A stretch of DNA of 64,000 bases from Phoronis australis. Lineage: Eukaryota > Animalia > Phoronida. The translations under genes were made by a program, and so were the position numbers. Shown here one piece after another: positions 13,113 through 26,100 of this stretch. The notes under the pieces were generated by a model. It did no database searches, was not told where the DNA came from, and worked only from the letters and a program-made list of their open reading frames with translations. The stretch spans positions 636,044 to 700,043 of the forward strand of contig NMRA01000002.1 in assembly GCA_002633005.1 (NCBI GenBank), read 5' to 3'. The first letter of the stretch is position 1. Every line of letters begins with the position of its first letter.

Positions 13113-15924
13113 GTTTGCGATTTCATAAGTGCACTTCAACATGCATCGGAAATAAACAATCAAGGACAACGCAAATCACAATGTCTTTTCGGTATTATGC
13201 AATTTAACGTCAACAACTCTTGTCAACAGTCAAACAATTTTTAGGTAAATGAAAAAGAAAAAATCGCTATAAGGCCAAAAAGCATATTTCATTATGGTCT
13301 GTGCTCACTGGCTTAAGGAAAAAATTGAGCTCGACCGCATCAATTTCAGTCAAGGTCTTGTGCTTGCTGAAAAGTTGGACAAAAGGCAAGGGTAAGCAAG
13401 GTTTGAAACACCATGGTTTGCCAAACGATGCATAGAGGCTTGGGCAGTGCTCGAAAAGTCCACAGAACTAAGTTTCGCTACTGAAATAGCCATGTACTGT
13501 TTTCAAGGGATCGCCATCCTGGCGACGCAAAATACCGCAGTACTTGCCGTGACGTTTACTACATGCGGGCTGCATTTGTGCCTCAGTCTGTTGTGCATAA
13601 TAAACTAGTATATCCCAATTAGCTCTGATTCTCGTATTTCTTTGAACTGCCCAGGAAGCAACCCAACTTTGTTTACTGCATTTTAAAGTTGCGGAAAGCC
13701 ATAACTGGGCCACGTGACGTACACAAATGACCTATTTTCCATATATGGCATTATGTAGATTGATTGACTACGCGAGAGAGGAATTAAGCCAAAGCTGTAA
13801 TTAGGTAACAATACTCTGACCCAATAACTGACGAAAATTGGCAGGCGATCATGAATTCCTTTACGATGTCAAGAAATCGGTTTTACGGCTCGGATTAATG
13901 TTGGAGGAGATAGAGCTCAAAACAACAAAATCCATTTTTGTGATATCATTTCAAATCACCATTTTTTGCCGTTACTTGTCGCTCAGATGTCGATGACTTT
14001 ACTAGTTGAATACGCCTGAAATACTATGGCGTTATTAAAGGAGATTTAGCGCTGGCAGCAGAACATTAATTATGGGTTGGAGGTACGTTCGATTCCGCGC
14101 TGAGACTGATCCCAGAAATTCACTTTTCTTGCTTTACATGTTTCTTTCATCGCATTTTCTATCCCAATCCTTCTCTAAGGCGGTTGCATAAATGCAACGT
14201 TAACAAATGTCAAAAGCTACATTTTAAATATCCAGTGTAGGCTACTTGGGTACAGGGGAACCTTGACTACAACACCTGACAGCTTGCAAATGTACGCGGT
14301 TCCAAACTTGCCTCGTGACAGCTAAGTAGCTGAACGAATAACCGCTAAAGTGAAGTGTTGAATGGTCATTCATTGGATCGTCTGCGTTGCAATTTAGTTC
14401 ACACTTCCCGAGCGGTCATCGCGGCGCGAGGTGGTGTCGGTCTAAATTTTGAACACTATTTCTAATCGCAAAATCTGCTGTTGTAAAGGATAATTTACGA
14501 TCGCCATTTGGCATCATACTGGATTTTGTCTCCATTTTCGTGCCTGCTGTCGCTAATGGGCTGTGAAAAGGGGGACTTTTCCAGCAACGACACGGGTGCA
14601 GCAAACTATTCCCCACTCGAAACTGGTTAGGGTTGGGTAGAAGAAAAAGGATCCCACATCATATCTGCTCGTCTGTGGCGGATTTCTTTTTTGAAAGAGT
14701 GAGCAACGAAAAAGATACACACCACTCGATTGTCTGTAATATCAAATATATACCAGAACAAACTAAGCTTTTTGGCCTTACATTATTTTACACGTGCTGC
14801 TTTTACCATCAAGACATTACCACTTGGCAATGTATGTTACGTCTAAAAGGACTTGAAGCTGACATGACGAAACTCTACCGTGACTTTCGTGATTGTTGTG
14901 CGTGTTTTACTCAATGCCACAATGAGGATATAACTGACAGCGATTTAGAATACTAAGTTTGTTCAAAGTATCTGATTTTCATCTGTACATAAAAGAACCA
15001 CAAATTTAATCTTATCTTAGGAGTGTTTTATCAATTGTATCATATGAGCTTTTCATGTTGCGAGATTTGCAAATTCAGAATCTGTCGCTTAAAAGCATAC
15101 GACACGCTGCTTGCAAGGACTATTTATTTTCCTATTTCATGTACTCTAGATACGCATCATTTTGTACAAGAATACGTTTTTTGATATTTCAATCTCTTTA
15201 CATTATACTACGTATGCATTATACTGAAGACGGTGGGGCTTAAGTTTCAAGTGCAGTTAGAATAATCGATAATACAAAGAGGCATTGGCACGTGTTGCTC
15301 GGCGTTGATCTTCGCGATCTTGAGTCAAACTTGTCTACAAGGAAGCTTCTTAACAACGACACTATTTTCTGAAACGACAATTATGTTAAAATGAAATTCG
15401 ATCAGAAAAAAAACGCATAATTGATCTAGTTGTGTTCGTCTTGAGAACTAATGCAGTATTACTTAGAAGTACGTCCTGATCAAAAATGTCACGTGAGGTA
15501 AAGTACTGCGAGATATTCTCGGTACGGTGACACGAGCGCCAGGATATACTCCGGTGGACGTATTTGGGAGGGGGGGGGGGGTGACCGCGACTCAACACTT
15601 ACCTTTTCAAACCTGTTCTTGATCAATTAAGGTCAAATGGGGACTGCCGCTAGGTTGCCTAGCCGCTTAGATTCGTTTATGTTGCTTAAAAAATTCTCTA
15701 AAAGTGAGACGGGAGGGTGTTCTTTTCTTTAAATAGTGAGGCACAGTCTTCGAAATGAATCAGGCGCAAAGCGGAACCAATCGTATTATTTTTCGGCCTA
15801 AATTTCTATACGTTGTACCTCGTACCTATAGTTACAGTCATCCGGAACATCTCGGGTATTTTCATGGCCACAAACTATTTTCGGAGATGTTTCATGGTAT
15901 CTGCGCATGTGCGAACTTCACTTA

Positions 15925-16402
15925 CAGCCTCGTCCCCAAGCCTCAAGATGGCGCTGATCGGTTTAGCCATTTAAGGCTTGGTTATGGGAAATACCTTTTG
16001 CGCAATGATTGGCCGCTGCCTTGACGTCATTAAAACAAAGGCAGATTTTAATTATTTTAACAGGCGTTGTTGCTGCCATTCATGAAGCAGTTTGAAATAA
16101 AGGTTGTTGGCGAACTTATTTTCCATTTTTTTTATTAATAGTATCATAGAAATTGATCTGTTTTCGAATAAAATCACATAATTTTTGCAATAATTTAGGC
16201 CTAAATTGCTGCAGTATACCGTTAGTTTTCATTTTTACATTACACAGCAAAAATTTTAAAGTTGATATAACTTTATATTACTTGCGATATTCCGGCGATG
16301 TCCGTAAAAATGTGTCAGAATTCTTACACACTTCATTTCCCATAACCAAGCCTCAGATGGCTAAACCGATCAGCGCCATCTTGAGGCTTGAGAACGAGGC
16401 TG
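15925..16402. mobile_element. AcademH-like MITE
   Basis: ~65-bp TIR CAGCCTCGTCCCCAAGCCTCAAGATGGCGCTGATCGG; 10-bp imperfect TSD ACTTCACTTA/ACTTCAATCA. Confidence 0.7.
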
Positions 16403-16553
16403 ACTTCAATCACTACAGCAAGTCACGTGATAGTGAAAATGGAGAATAGCGGATTTGCAGCGACGCCATATTGAAATTAGGTTAAAATGGTGCATTGTGG
16501 GTGCTGTGGTCAGGATTCCGAAAGCGGCCATAGTAACAAGCATAATACGCGGT

Positions 16554-17791
16554 ATGAGCGCGAAGAAAACTTACAGCGGATACACTTGTTGTGTTCCTGG
16601 CTGCTTCAAAAACAACAAGAGAGATAAAAATCTGAGTTTGTATGTGTTCCCTGTAAACCAAGAACTTCGTGAAAAATGAATAAACAACATTAGGAGACCT
16701 GGGAGTAAGGGGAAATTTAGCGCATTCAAACGAACGCGGGGCCATCTATAGTAGGCAACACGTAGCCCCTCGGTTGGCCATGTAGGGGCTACAATACTTC
16801 CATTCGCTTTCTGTACTCATTTCGTTACTCCAGTGTATTTTAAACGGGCCGTGACCGGATTTGGGTTACCGATTTCGAGTTTTCACCTCGTCAAAAATAC
16901 AATCTACACTTAAAACTATCATTTAAAAAACGCTTACTTTCATCATTGGTCCTTTCTACTTCTATACATATCTTTAATGAAGCTTAGTTGTGAGAATTAA
17001 GTTGACTTTGGCGAAGAATTACAACTCCATTATTTTGGTTGCCGTTAATTTTATCACCGCGTGCGCGATAACCACAAAGCATGTCAACTGAATCCCGTGA
17101 GGAGTAGGCGCAAGGTTAGCGCGAGACTGAGCGAAGCGCGTGACGCTAGCGCGCGACACTTGTAAAATAGCATGAGAAGGTATCGGGTGAAACTTGTAAG
17201 ATGTGTGTCCCTTGGACTTTTTATTCGTCAACATGCGTAATTTCACGTAACTTCCTCAAAATGGCACCCGGTAACCGTGACTGAGAGAAACTCGAACAAA
17301 CCGCGAGAGATTTTCATCGATTCGTTCAAGTTTTGCTGACTAAATTGTATCCAGAGTCGTAGTATGTGTTAATTATAAACTCCGTGTTCCTATATGTATG
17401 CCGGGTTCATTTGATTTTATTTGCTGTATTTTGAAATGAATAACTTTTTGTGAGGATGTACTATCGCCCCTGAATGCCTGCGGCATCCAGTGCGATGTAA
17501 TTGCCTAGGGGCCATCGTGTGTGCAGCGATCATTTTCCTGGTGGAAAAAAGACTTATGAGAACAACATTCCGACGGAGTTTCCACTTAAAATTAACGTCT
17601 CTAGCATATCCACGACGAAAGCTACAAAAGTTAAGCAACCTAAGATTTCGAACGCCGATAACCCCAATACTGAACACGGAGACAGTCGTGCTCTCGGTCA
17701 CACGGTCACTGATCGTAGCTACGCTGTGTTTACAAACGAGAGAGAGGACTTGCTTGGTATTATAAAGCAAAAAATGAAACATGGTTTTTAG
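16554..17791 (+). pseudogene. THAP zinc-finger transposase N-terminus, broken by a stop and a 761-bp insertion
   Basis: After removing 16747-17507 and one TSD copy it reads [86 protein letters not shown]. The C2CH motif is intact and the conserved Trp is now TGA. Confidence 0.85.
16747..17507. mobile_element. Unclassified insertion with a 9-bp TSD
   Basis: TSD GGGGCCATC at 16738-16746 and 17508-17516; short inverted ends TAGGCAA/TTGCCTA; subterminal hairpins. Confidence 0.8.
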
Positions 17792-18479
17792 TTTGCAAAT
17801 CACTCCAAATGCACACACTATCCAGCCTGCTCAAGACATGCCTGACCACAAGCTATCCCATGAGCCTTCGCGAAGGAAGTAACTCGCACATGCGCAATGC
17901 GTAGTTCGTCTGCGCTGCAAATCCGCTATTCATGCCGCCGAATGCGCCGCGACAGATTCAATCAAGAGTTAACTGTACATCAGAAGACAGGCTGAAGCCA
18001 TCTCTTGATCGAAGTTCGCACATGAGTAGATATGCAACACTTCCGTGGGATTGTGAGTCTACGGAAATACCCGAGGTGTTCCGTATAACTCGCATTTTGT
18101 GTACTTGTTTGCACATGTTGGCTATACGCTAATCCAAATAAAAGTTGGTGCAACCGGTACGAAAAACAATGGCAATGAAATGATAAAAGCAGAAATTCCG
18201 GTGTTGTCATAGTATGCCTCTGCAGGTGGCCCAGTCACTAGGCGCGAAACCTTCTCACCCACGACCTGACATAGCTGGAATTGACCAATCGCAAGCTCCG
18301 CCCCTTGCGTAATGTTGACTAACAAACAATAAGGTTTACTCGGCAACGGGTTGTTTGTCGGGTAAAATGGCGGCTTGGAAACGAAGGTGTGTCAAGAATG
18401 ACGAGTTCTAAATGGTCAGTTAAGCCGTCACTCAAAGTCCTGGCGATAGGTCAATTGACACACAACATACATGGTGGAA

Positions 18480-18690
18480 ACTTGACTGACGACATTTCGT
18501 GAGGCTTCTCAAAAATAGTTCACCAAACAGACAATTTACGAGAAAGGGAACCAGAAGAAACGAAGTCCATTTATCAGAAACAAAAATGGTCGCTTGACAT
18601 TGCTTGTGATGCACGGTATTACAAAACAACTTATGCTTTTCGCCTCAAAATACCGCTCTTGGAGATAATCTGACCCGATCTAAGTACGAT
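18480..18690. repeat. Dispersed repeat; inverted copies at ~24640-24850 and ~30965-31095
   Basis: Shared block catttcgtgag...aaaaatagttc.gcaaaggg..aattt..gagaaag; the copies give similar spurious ORF translations (SSAKG.F). Confidence 0.6.
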
Positions 18691-21600
18691 AATACAAGAC
18701 AGTGAATGCATAAATTCAAGTCGACCCTATGGTGAACTAAGCTCTGATACAGAATGGAGTTTATGTTCAGTTTGTTGTATGCCTTGAAAAAAGGGACGAA
18801 TCCGAAATTACCTGTTTTATTCATATTTAAAATTTGCGTTTATAGTTTTTAACCTTTTATTTTCATAATTTGATTTAGTATTTTATTCTCCCTGTCTCTA
18901 AGAAAACATCAAGTGCACTGGGTTTCATTTAATCTTAGTCTATCTGAGATTTAATTGACAGTTCAGTTCAGCTCAATCACTAAATATAAAAGCTATATTT
19001 TCAAAAATCTAAAGCCAAGGTTACTGTCGTGAACATTGCCATTAGCATATAACGCAAGTTGTTCCTGGGGATTTTCGCATTTCCAAAAGTTTTGACTCAG
19101 TGATGCCAAATGTGTAGCTCACTATTATTTGTCCACAACGGAAGAGTGTATTAATCTTATTTTACCGAAGGAAAGTCTAAGACTATTTCCGTGCAATAGA
19201 GTCGAAATTTCAGTTGTCCAAGAATCTGAGCGAGGGTTAGCTTTCCGAATGGGCAGTCGGGTTTTCCGGAAAAAAACGAAAGGTAGACCCTTTCATGGAG
19301 GCTCCCTACAAAAGGTTTCCCTTTTCAAAGTCCTCTCTCTAAATGGGCGGTATCATAGTTTTCCAACTACATTCCCGTCAAACTGTAGCCGAGTACCCTT
19401 CGGGAAGAGGGTCTTGGCGTGTTCGATCACTGACTCCACGATATGAAAATATTACAATACATCCAAGAGACACAATACTTAATTGTTGCGTAATTACAAA
19501 GCACTGAACCGCACTCGTATATCGCCAGACGTTTGCATGAGCATTGATTTAACAGCAGGCTAATTTCAGTAGCCAGAAATATTGGCTTATTAACACACGT
19601 ACTAATAGAGTTGAAAGTAATTAAAGCATTTGTCAAATTTTACCAAGTGAGTACGGTCTTGTTGGCAGGTAATCTATATTGTATGGACATAGTACGATCA
19701 TGATTGCTCCAACATGTATTAGGTTAATCTTTTTTAAGGGAGTGGCCAATTATTTTTCACAGTTCTTTCATGTGAATTTCAGCGATGCTTCAATTCCATG
19801 CGGTCGATCGTAATGCTTCGTGTAGACGATATTTAAGTGAGGTAGCCTTTTTAGACGTATGTGCGGATTGTGTTGGAATCCGATTGTGACACAAACTCTG
19901 TTTACCGTGAACATTAACCGAGTTTTCCGGGTGACGCTCATCGTTCCGCATTTACTTAATGTTCACGTATCATTTAACAACTCATAATCATACAGACGCG
20001 TGTCCTAGACGAGTTTTCGCTATTCTGTATCACAGTACATTTGAACACGTTACACAGCTATGTAAAAACGCATCGTGTCTGAAAAGTTAATGAGACGTCA
20101 GGTACAATCATCCTGTTTTTCATTTCTGTTCGATTCATTAAATGTTATACTCACATTACTCACGGTATGCCTGTCTAGCGTATTGTTTTATTGAAATTAA
20201 TATTGACAGAGGATGTCATGACAATTGAATATTTTCTCAATTGTTTTTATTGCGGACAATAAACGTTGATAATCATAAGCCCTGTGCATTCCTCGAGGAA
20301 ATAATAAAAGAAACTGAAATTATGTTTAATTAATGTAAAAAGTAGGATGGTATGACATCTGCCTGGTCATCGCACGTGTCTCTGACAATGGATACAATAC
20401 ACGTACATTATGAGGAACCACAAAATGAAATCCTTAAGGAAATAAAACGAATAAACATCGTTTTAGGTACAACGAATGTCACAGTTGAATACCCTCGTAT
20501 TCAATGTCATTGGGCAGTCATGCATTGGATAGAAAATCAACATCTGCCGGACAATACTTAATGCCCGAACAAAGGTCATAGACGAGGAAGTGTGGACTGA
20601 GGGGTAAACTTGTTGATGCGCAATCAGTGAACGAACTAAACCGAATTGTGAAATCAAGATTGATCAGATTAGTTGCACGGCTGGAGACGAATTCGGAATT
20701 TCAAAAGAGGAAATCACTGCGTTATCTTGTGTCAACACGCCATTGCTTTCAATAAATTAAAGGTGTATTTCGCCGTGTTTAACGGACTTAAAACGAAAAT
20801 CGCATTTCATTCTCATAAAATAGATCTCATGATGTCCCCTACCGTGATAGGATTTTATTTTTGTAACCAACTAAAGTCACAGACAAGGCGTATATGCGCC
20901 ATTTTTTAATTCACAATTGTAGCGATGGCTAACCCCAATAAATTCTGAAGCGTTTTCTTGATTTGTCGACGACTTCGATATTCTTGTTGGTAACAGAATT
21001 AGAATCCTTTTAGAATAAAGAATATTTCTATGGCTAGAGCTTTAAAATAACACATATTTGTGCCGGGCAAAATGACTTCTCGAGTAATCCAGTACCTGAA
21101 GGTTACGTGATTCAACAGAGAAGTGGGCGGTCATTGGCCTCGCGAAAATAAAAGCGAAATAAAATTACATTCGTGTGAAGAAATGGAGGTGTTTTTGTTG
21201 AAAAATCTTCAAACCACTGGTGAAGTATATTTCAGCGAATGGCTTGCAGACAACGGCTAGAATTGGTGATTTCACATGAAATAAAAAAACAACAACATAT
21301 CTTGTTGTTTTATGGCTCTTGTCAAAGCTATTAACTTCAGGTCGAGAAGTCTGTCCCATCTAAAAAATCTCCAAAGTACGTTTTAGGCCGTAAAAACCGA
21401 TTGTGTATCTTTAAACCCGGGCGCAAGACCACCCAACCTTGTTAACGATTGGATTACAAAATTCAATCATGTCGCGTCAAATTTGAATTTATAAAAAGCT
21501 TATTATCACAGGATTTTCAAGTTTCAAATCGAGTGTCGTGTAAAGCTAATTGGCCTTGAGTTCGAGTCTCTTGCGACCTAAGAATGTCACATTTGCTGAA

Positions 21601-23069
21601 GTAAGCTATACTATTTCGGGAACCGATTTGTCCTGTTTAATGCATTGTAAAGATATGTAGCTGGAGCTTTCCAATACCACCCACATTCACTAATGATATG
21701 ATTTCTGGGTAAATAAATGTATTAAAAATGGGACTAGTTATACCTAAAAATAATACAATCATCAAATTTCGTTTTTAAATCTTGAAATTATTCTAAATGC
21801 TCTAACGTATTTTGTGGCATGATATCGAGCCTGGCTCATAACACGTTCGAATGAATCTCATTCGTGTACCCCAGGTGCATTAACACAGTTACCTTATTAA
21901 AAAAGAATTGCGCATCTCCTTTTCGTCAAGTTCTCATTACAGATTCACCGCTGGGTCAACAAATACGACGCATTAAGAACATTAACGAATTAAGATTCAA
22001 ATAATATAAAAGCTCGATTAATAAAAGTGCCCTCTAGTGGGTGGATCAAATAACCCCCAGGGCCCGATACGTTACAAGCTAGTGCCATTCATGATACGTT
22101 TTTGACCACAAATGATCAAACGTAATCTGAACAAATGGACTTTGTTGCTGCTTTAAGGCAAAGCAGAACAAAAAGCGGTCGTGATAGGTCTGAGTTCCTT
22201 AAAAAAACATCAAACGAATTGCCCTTAATTCCATTACAGGTTATTGTCAAACAGTATCTCTGTCTCTGTTGTTTGTCCTGTGTTCACTTTAAATCGTGTT
22301 ATGAAGTAATTAAATTTCTTAGCTGCCTTTCATCTAAGGCCAGGTGACTGACACACATTTTTCAGGTCGATGGGATGATTCTTGTGCACGGTTACATGTA
22401 GGATCAATGTTAGGGACAGGCCAATCCCCTATTGAGATATAGTTAAGATAGGGTTCTCGCTGCTAGATTTGAATGGGGGTGATACTTGCTCATGCCTTGT
22501 AGCATCCGGGTCATTGCCAACGAATACACGCGAGAAGCCTACCACATTGCCGATAGCGAGGTAGTTGTATGGAAGTTGATGCTTGACTTTCGTAAACAAT
22601 CCGGCCGAACGGAGAATCATGGGTTGCAAATTGCAATATTGATCAGATGCAGCCTACTTGCGAACGTTGCCAGTAAACAACAAAACAACCAATTAACCTG
22701 GGAAGGTATTGCCAGATTCATTTCTCGCATTAATAATTGAGTGTGAGCGTGAGCAATCTTATTTTGCCATTCTTCCGGAGATGCGGAGTGGACACCATGT
22801 GTAAGCGGTCACTTGATCGCTCTAACACAGAATCTCGACTTGGACTGGACTGAAGTTTTTTTCAAGGTGGTTTGGCAGGACTCCGTAAAGAGGCTTTTGG
22901 CGTTTCATTGACACCGAATCGCACCGTCAATAAAATTAGCCGAAACCTATCTCTTAATATGACATCCAATTTTTCAAATTCAACAAAATCAGCAAAGGAT
23001 ATTTGCTACGCAGTAGCTTTAATACGTTTCGGGTAAATCAAAACCTATTTGATTCACTGAACTAGTAAA

Positions 23070-23138
23070 CATGGGCGGCGCAGCACTGAAAAAGTGAGGG
23101 GCTATAGTCCCCCAGCCCCCTTTGGTGCACTGCTCATG
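23070..23138. mobile_element. 69-bp hAT5-like mini-MITE
   Basis: Termini CATGGGCGGCGCA and TGCACTGCTCATG; 5-bp TSD GTAAA on both sides. Confidence 0.7.
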
Positions 23139-26100
23139 GTAAAGGAAAATCAAATAGTATCCTTAGGCCTAACAAGCTATAGACAGGTTCGCATTAAGGA
23201 AAATTTATGGGGTGAGTGCCCAAACATATTCTGCTCTCGGATGTCTAATCTCTGTCAAATTGCCCTTCCTGTCGTCACAAATTTGCTGCCCACATTTGTC
23301 CTAAACTGCAAACTGTGGACATCTCTGTTTAATTTGGGTCCTGAGGTAGCCAAGCTTTTTGATTACGTTGTAGGTTTGTGAACAGTGAACACTCACTGGC
23401 ACGTGTAAAATTAAATTCTTGAAGTCCAGTTGCTAGCCCCGGTTTCTGCACCTTGAAGAGGAACCAGAACTGTGATTGCTGACTTCCCAAGTTACGTCTC
23501 ATGGCTGGTATTTATTACATATCTGACTCAAATCTCGCGCCATCGCCACCTCACCTATGCTGGACTCTGGTCGTACCTCGGGAATGCTGAATCGACTGCA
23601 CCTACAGGCTATTCAGGGATGCGTTTCGTAAGGCAGGTTTCGTGAAAGGTTGGCTGAATCCTGCAAAATCACGCAAGTGAAAGGTGAGCGTTTCGCGAGT
23701 AAGATCGAGAACTTGATAGTGCAGACCTCCAAACAGCCGCCAATATTTGAAGCTGGAATGTTGAATTATGGGAGAGCATTTCCTGTCCTGTTCCATATGG
23801 GTGGCACACTACAGTTATTACAGGGTTTTGGCTGCCGACGCACACCTAAATGGAGATGAGTCCTTTCCTCACGTCCGATGAGTCTGAAAGCAGAGGTATC
23901 AAATTGTGGTATGAAGACTAGTTCTAGATGGGCTTTAAAACAAGCTGCAATCATTTTTGAGACTGGACTGCTGTATATAGGTATTTTACATGGATGCAGG
24001 CTGTGATTTTGCGAGTGACGGAAGATAGGCCTTCCCACAAAACAATGCAATTGTCGTAAGCACTCACTGCGTGGTGCATGTGGCATATACGCATCCAAAA
24101 GTAATTCAGTAATCCACTGTTGTCGTTTCCATCTATGTTCTGAAATTCATTAAAACTTGTGAGAAGTCGAGATAGTGCCTAATATCTTTTTAATTGCATT
24201 GAGTTGAGGAAGTCGGTTTGTCACGCGCCGCCAGATGGTTTCAAGCTTGACACGTGGATTTTGTCTTGTTAGCCGCTTCAAAGACCGGCCTATCAATTAC
24301 ACGGACTTAACAAACAGTACCCGTGTCACGCGACAGCAATTTCTTTAGAACCGACAAGAGACCATGCTCGGGGTCAATTCAGAGGTAAATCTCTTTAAGG
24401 AGTCGCACTTTATAGTTGTCTTCATATTTTGAGAGTTTGTCGGAGATCAATATCATGTTTTCGTTTTAGATATTCCTAATAAACTATATTGGACCTTGTA
24501 AGACCAATGGTAAAAACAATACAGACCAACGCGACAACTTTAATTGCAGTCGGTTTCGAATAAAGCCAACACCGTACCGTAACATTATCCTCAGTGGGGT
24601 GCATGTGTGCTTCATAAGCCAACACTAGCGCATTATCTTACTAAGTTCCGGTAAGATTACCTCCACATGTAATCACATGCGGTATTTTTTTTGCAACGAA
24701 GCATGCTATTATCTTGTAATACCGAGCATCAAAAGCAATGTCAAACGACCATTTCAGTCTGCTTTTGATCACTTCTTCTTTTTCCTTTCTCCAAAATTGT
24801 CCCTTTGCCGAACTCTTTTTAAGTGAACTCACGAAATGTTGTGGATTTCAACATGATGTTTGGGAGTTCTAGGTGAGGTTGCTGTGCGTGAACTTGGAAT
24901 TTTGCTGAATCTCAAGATCGCGTATGCGTGAACTTGGAATACACGAGGAAACTCCCCCTTGACTAATATAGGAGCCACGCTCTCCGGCCGCCTTTCGGCG
25001 AGGCCCTCTATATTAATATAGGGGCCTCGCTTTTGAGGCCCGAAATTCAATTTTTTGCCTATGTCATTTTAATAAGAATAAGTCATTTTAAATAATAAGC
25101 TGTTAAATTTTGTGATCTTTTCTGCAAATTCCCGCACTGGAGAAGGTGAATAACACTGTATCAAAAGTTGGGAGACGGTACTTTCGCCAAGAATTGTCAA
25201 GTTAAAAGATATTTTTGAGAAGCTCTAGCGTTCCATGCCTCTTTAAAAGTGCACTCCTTGATGTGTTGATTGGAGCAATGGGCTTAGATAAAGAATCTAG
25301 CTTATTGACTGGAGCTACGTCGGTGGATGAGTTTGAACAGCTATAAACCATGTGTAGGTCTAGGCCTCAACATTGTTTGACATTGCATCCCATGCGCTCC
25401 ATTAAAACCACTGTTTAGTGTAAAATGGAGATTAGCGAAGCTTAATTTTGCGCTTATTCGAAAAATTAGCTGCGGTCACCGCTGGTGAAATGACCTAGGT
25501 CTGGAAAATGAAGTCAATTGGATACGCTCAAAGAATACCGAGTAGTGCGGCGCTAGTAAATTTACGTGGGGTGTTACGAGTTTGTGATTGTACGTTTACT
25601 CTAATCGAATAAATAGCGAAACAGTGCCAAATGCTCACGTCTCTAGTTGAAAGCACTTCAGATAAGCCTGGTGAGCTAATGGGTTCGCCCTAAATTTACG
25701 AATGAAGATCCTGCATAGAGTTGTAACTATTGTTTCACACATTTATTGTTCATAAAGTTGATTGTTTTAACAATTAATTGTAACATTTAACATTGAAAAG
25801 TAAGCATAGTTTGGTGAAAAGAAGGAGATTCGTGGACGGAATGAAATCTCTTTGAGGTTATATGCGACCTAGCTTATCTATAATTATTCCAAATATCTAC
25901 AAAATTATGAATTTTTACTCAGTAAAAGGGTGTATTTTCTGAAAGTAGAAAGCCTGTAGAATTTGATGTTTGCTTGATATCAATCTGTCATTAGATCACG
26001 TGACCATGTCTTTTTAGTAGAACTTAGCAAAAAAGAAAAGTACATTGATAGCAAAAGCAACAGTATCTATAACATAAGCAAATTTTCTTTGACATAAATG

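Larger units (their letters stand above)
16448..17927 (+). mobile_element. ISL2EU-like (PIF/Harbinger/IS5-related) deletion derivative with a THAP relic
   Basis: TIR AGCGGATTTGCAGCG, AT flanking both ends, and an internal THAP coding relic. Confidence 0.7.
15835..18091. mobile_element. Outer TIR element hosting nested insertions
   Basis: Left arm cagtcatccggaacatctcgggtattt...catgtgcgaacttc is the reverse complement of right arm gaagttcgcacatg...aaatacccgaggtgttccgtataactc (~90-bp imperfect TIR). Confidence 0.65.
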
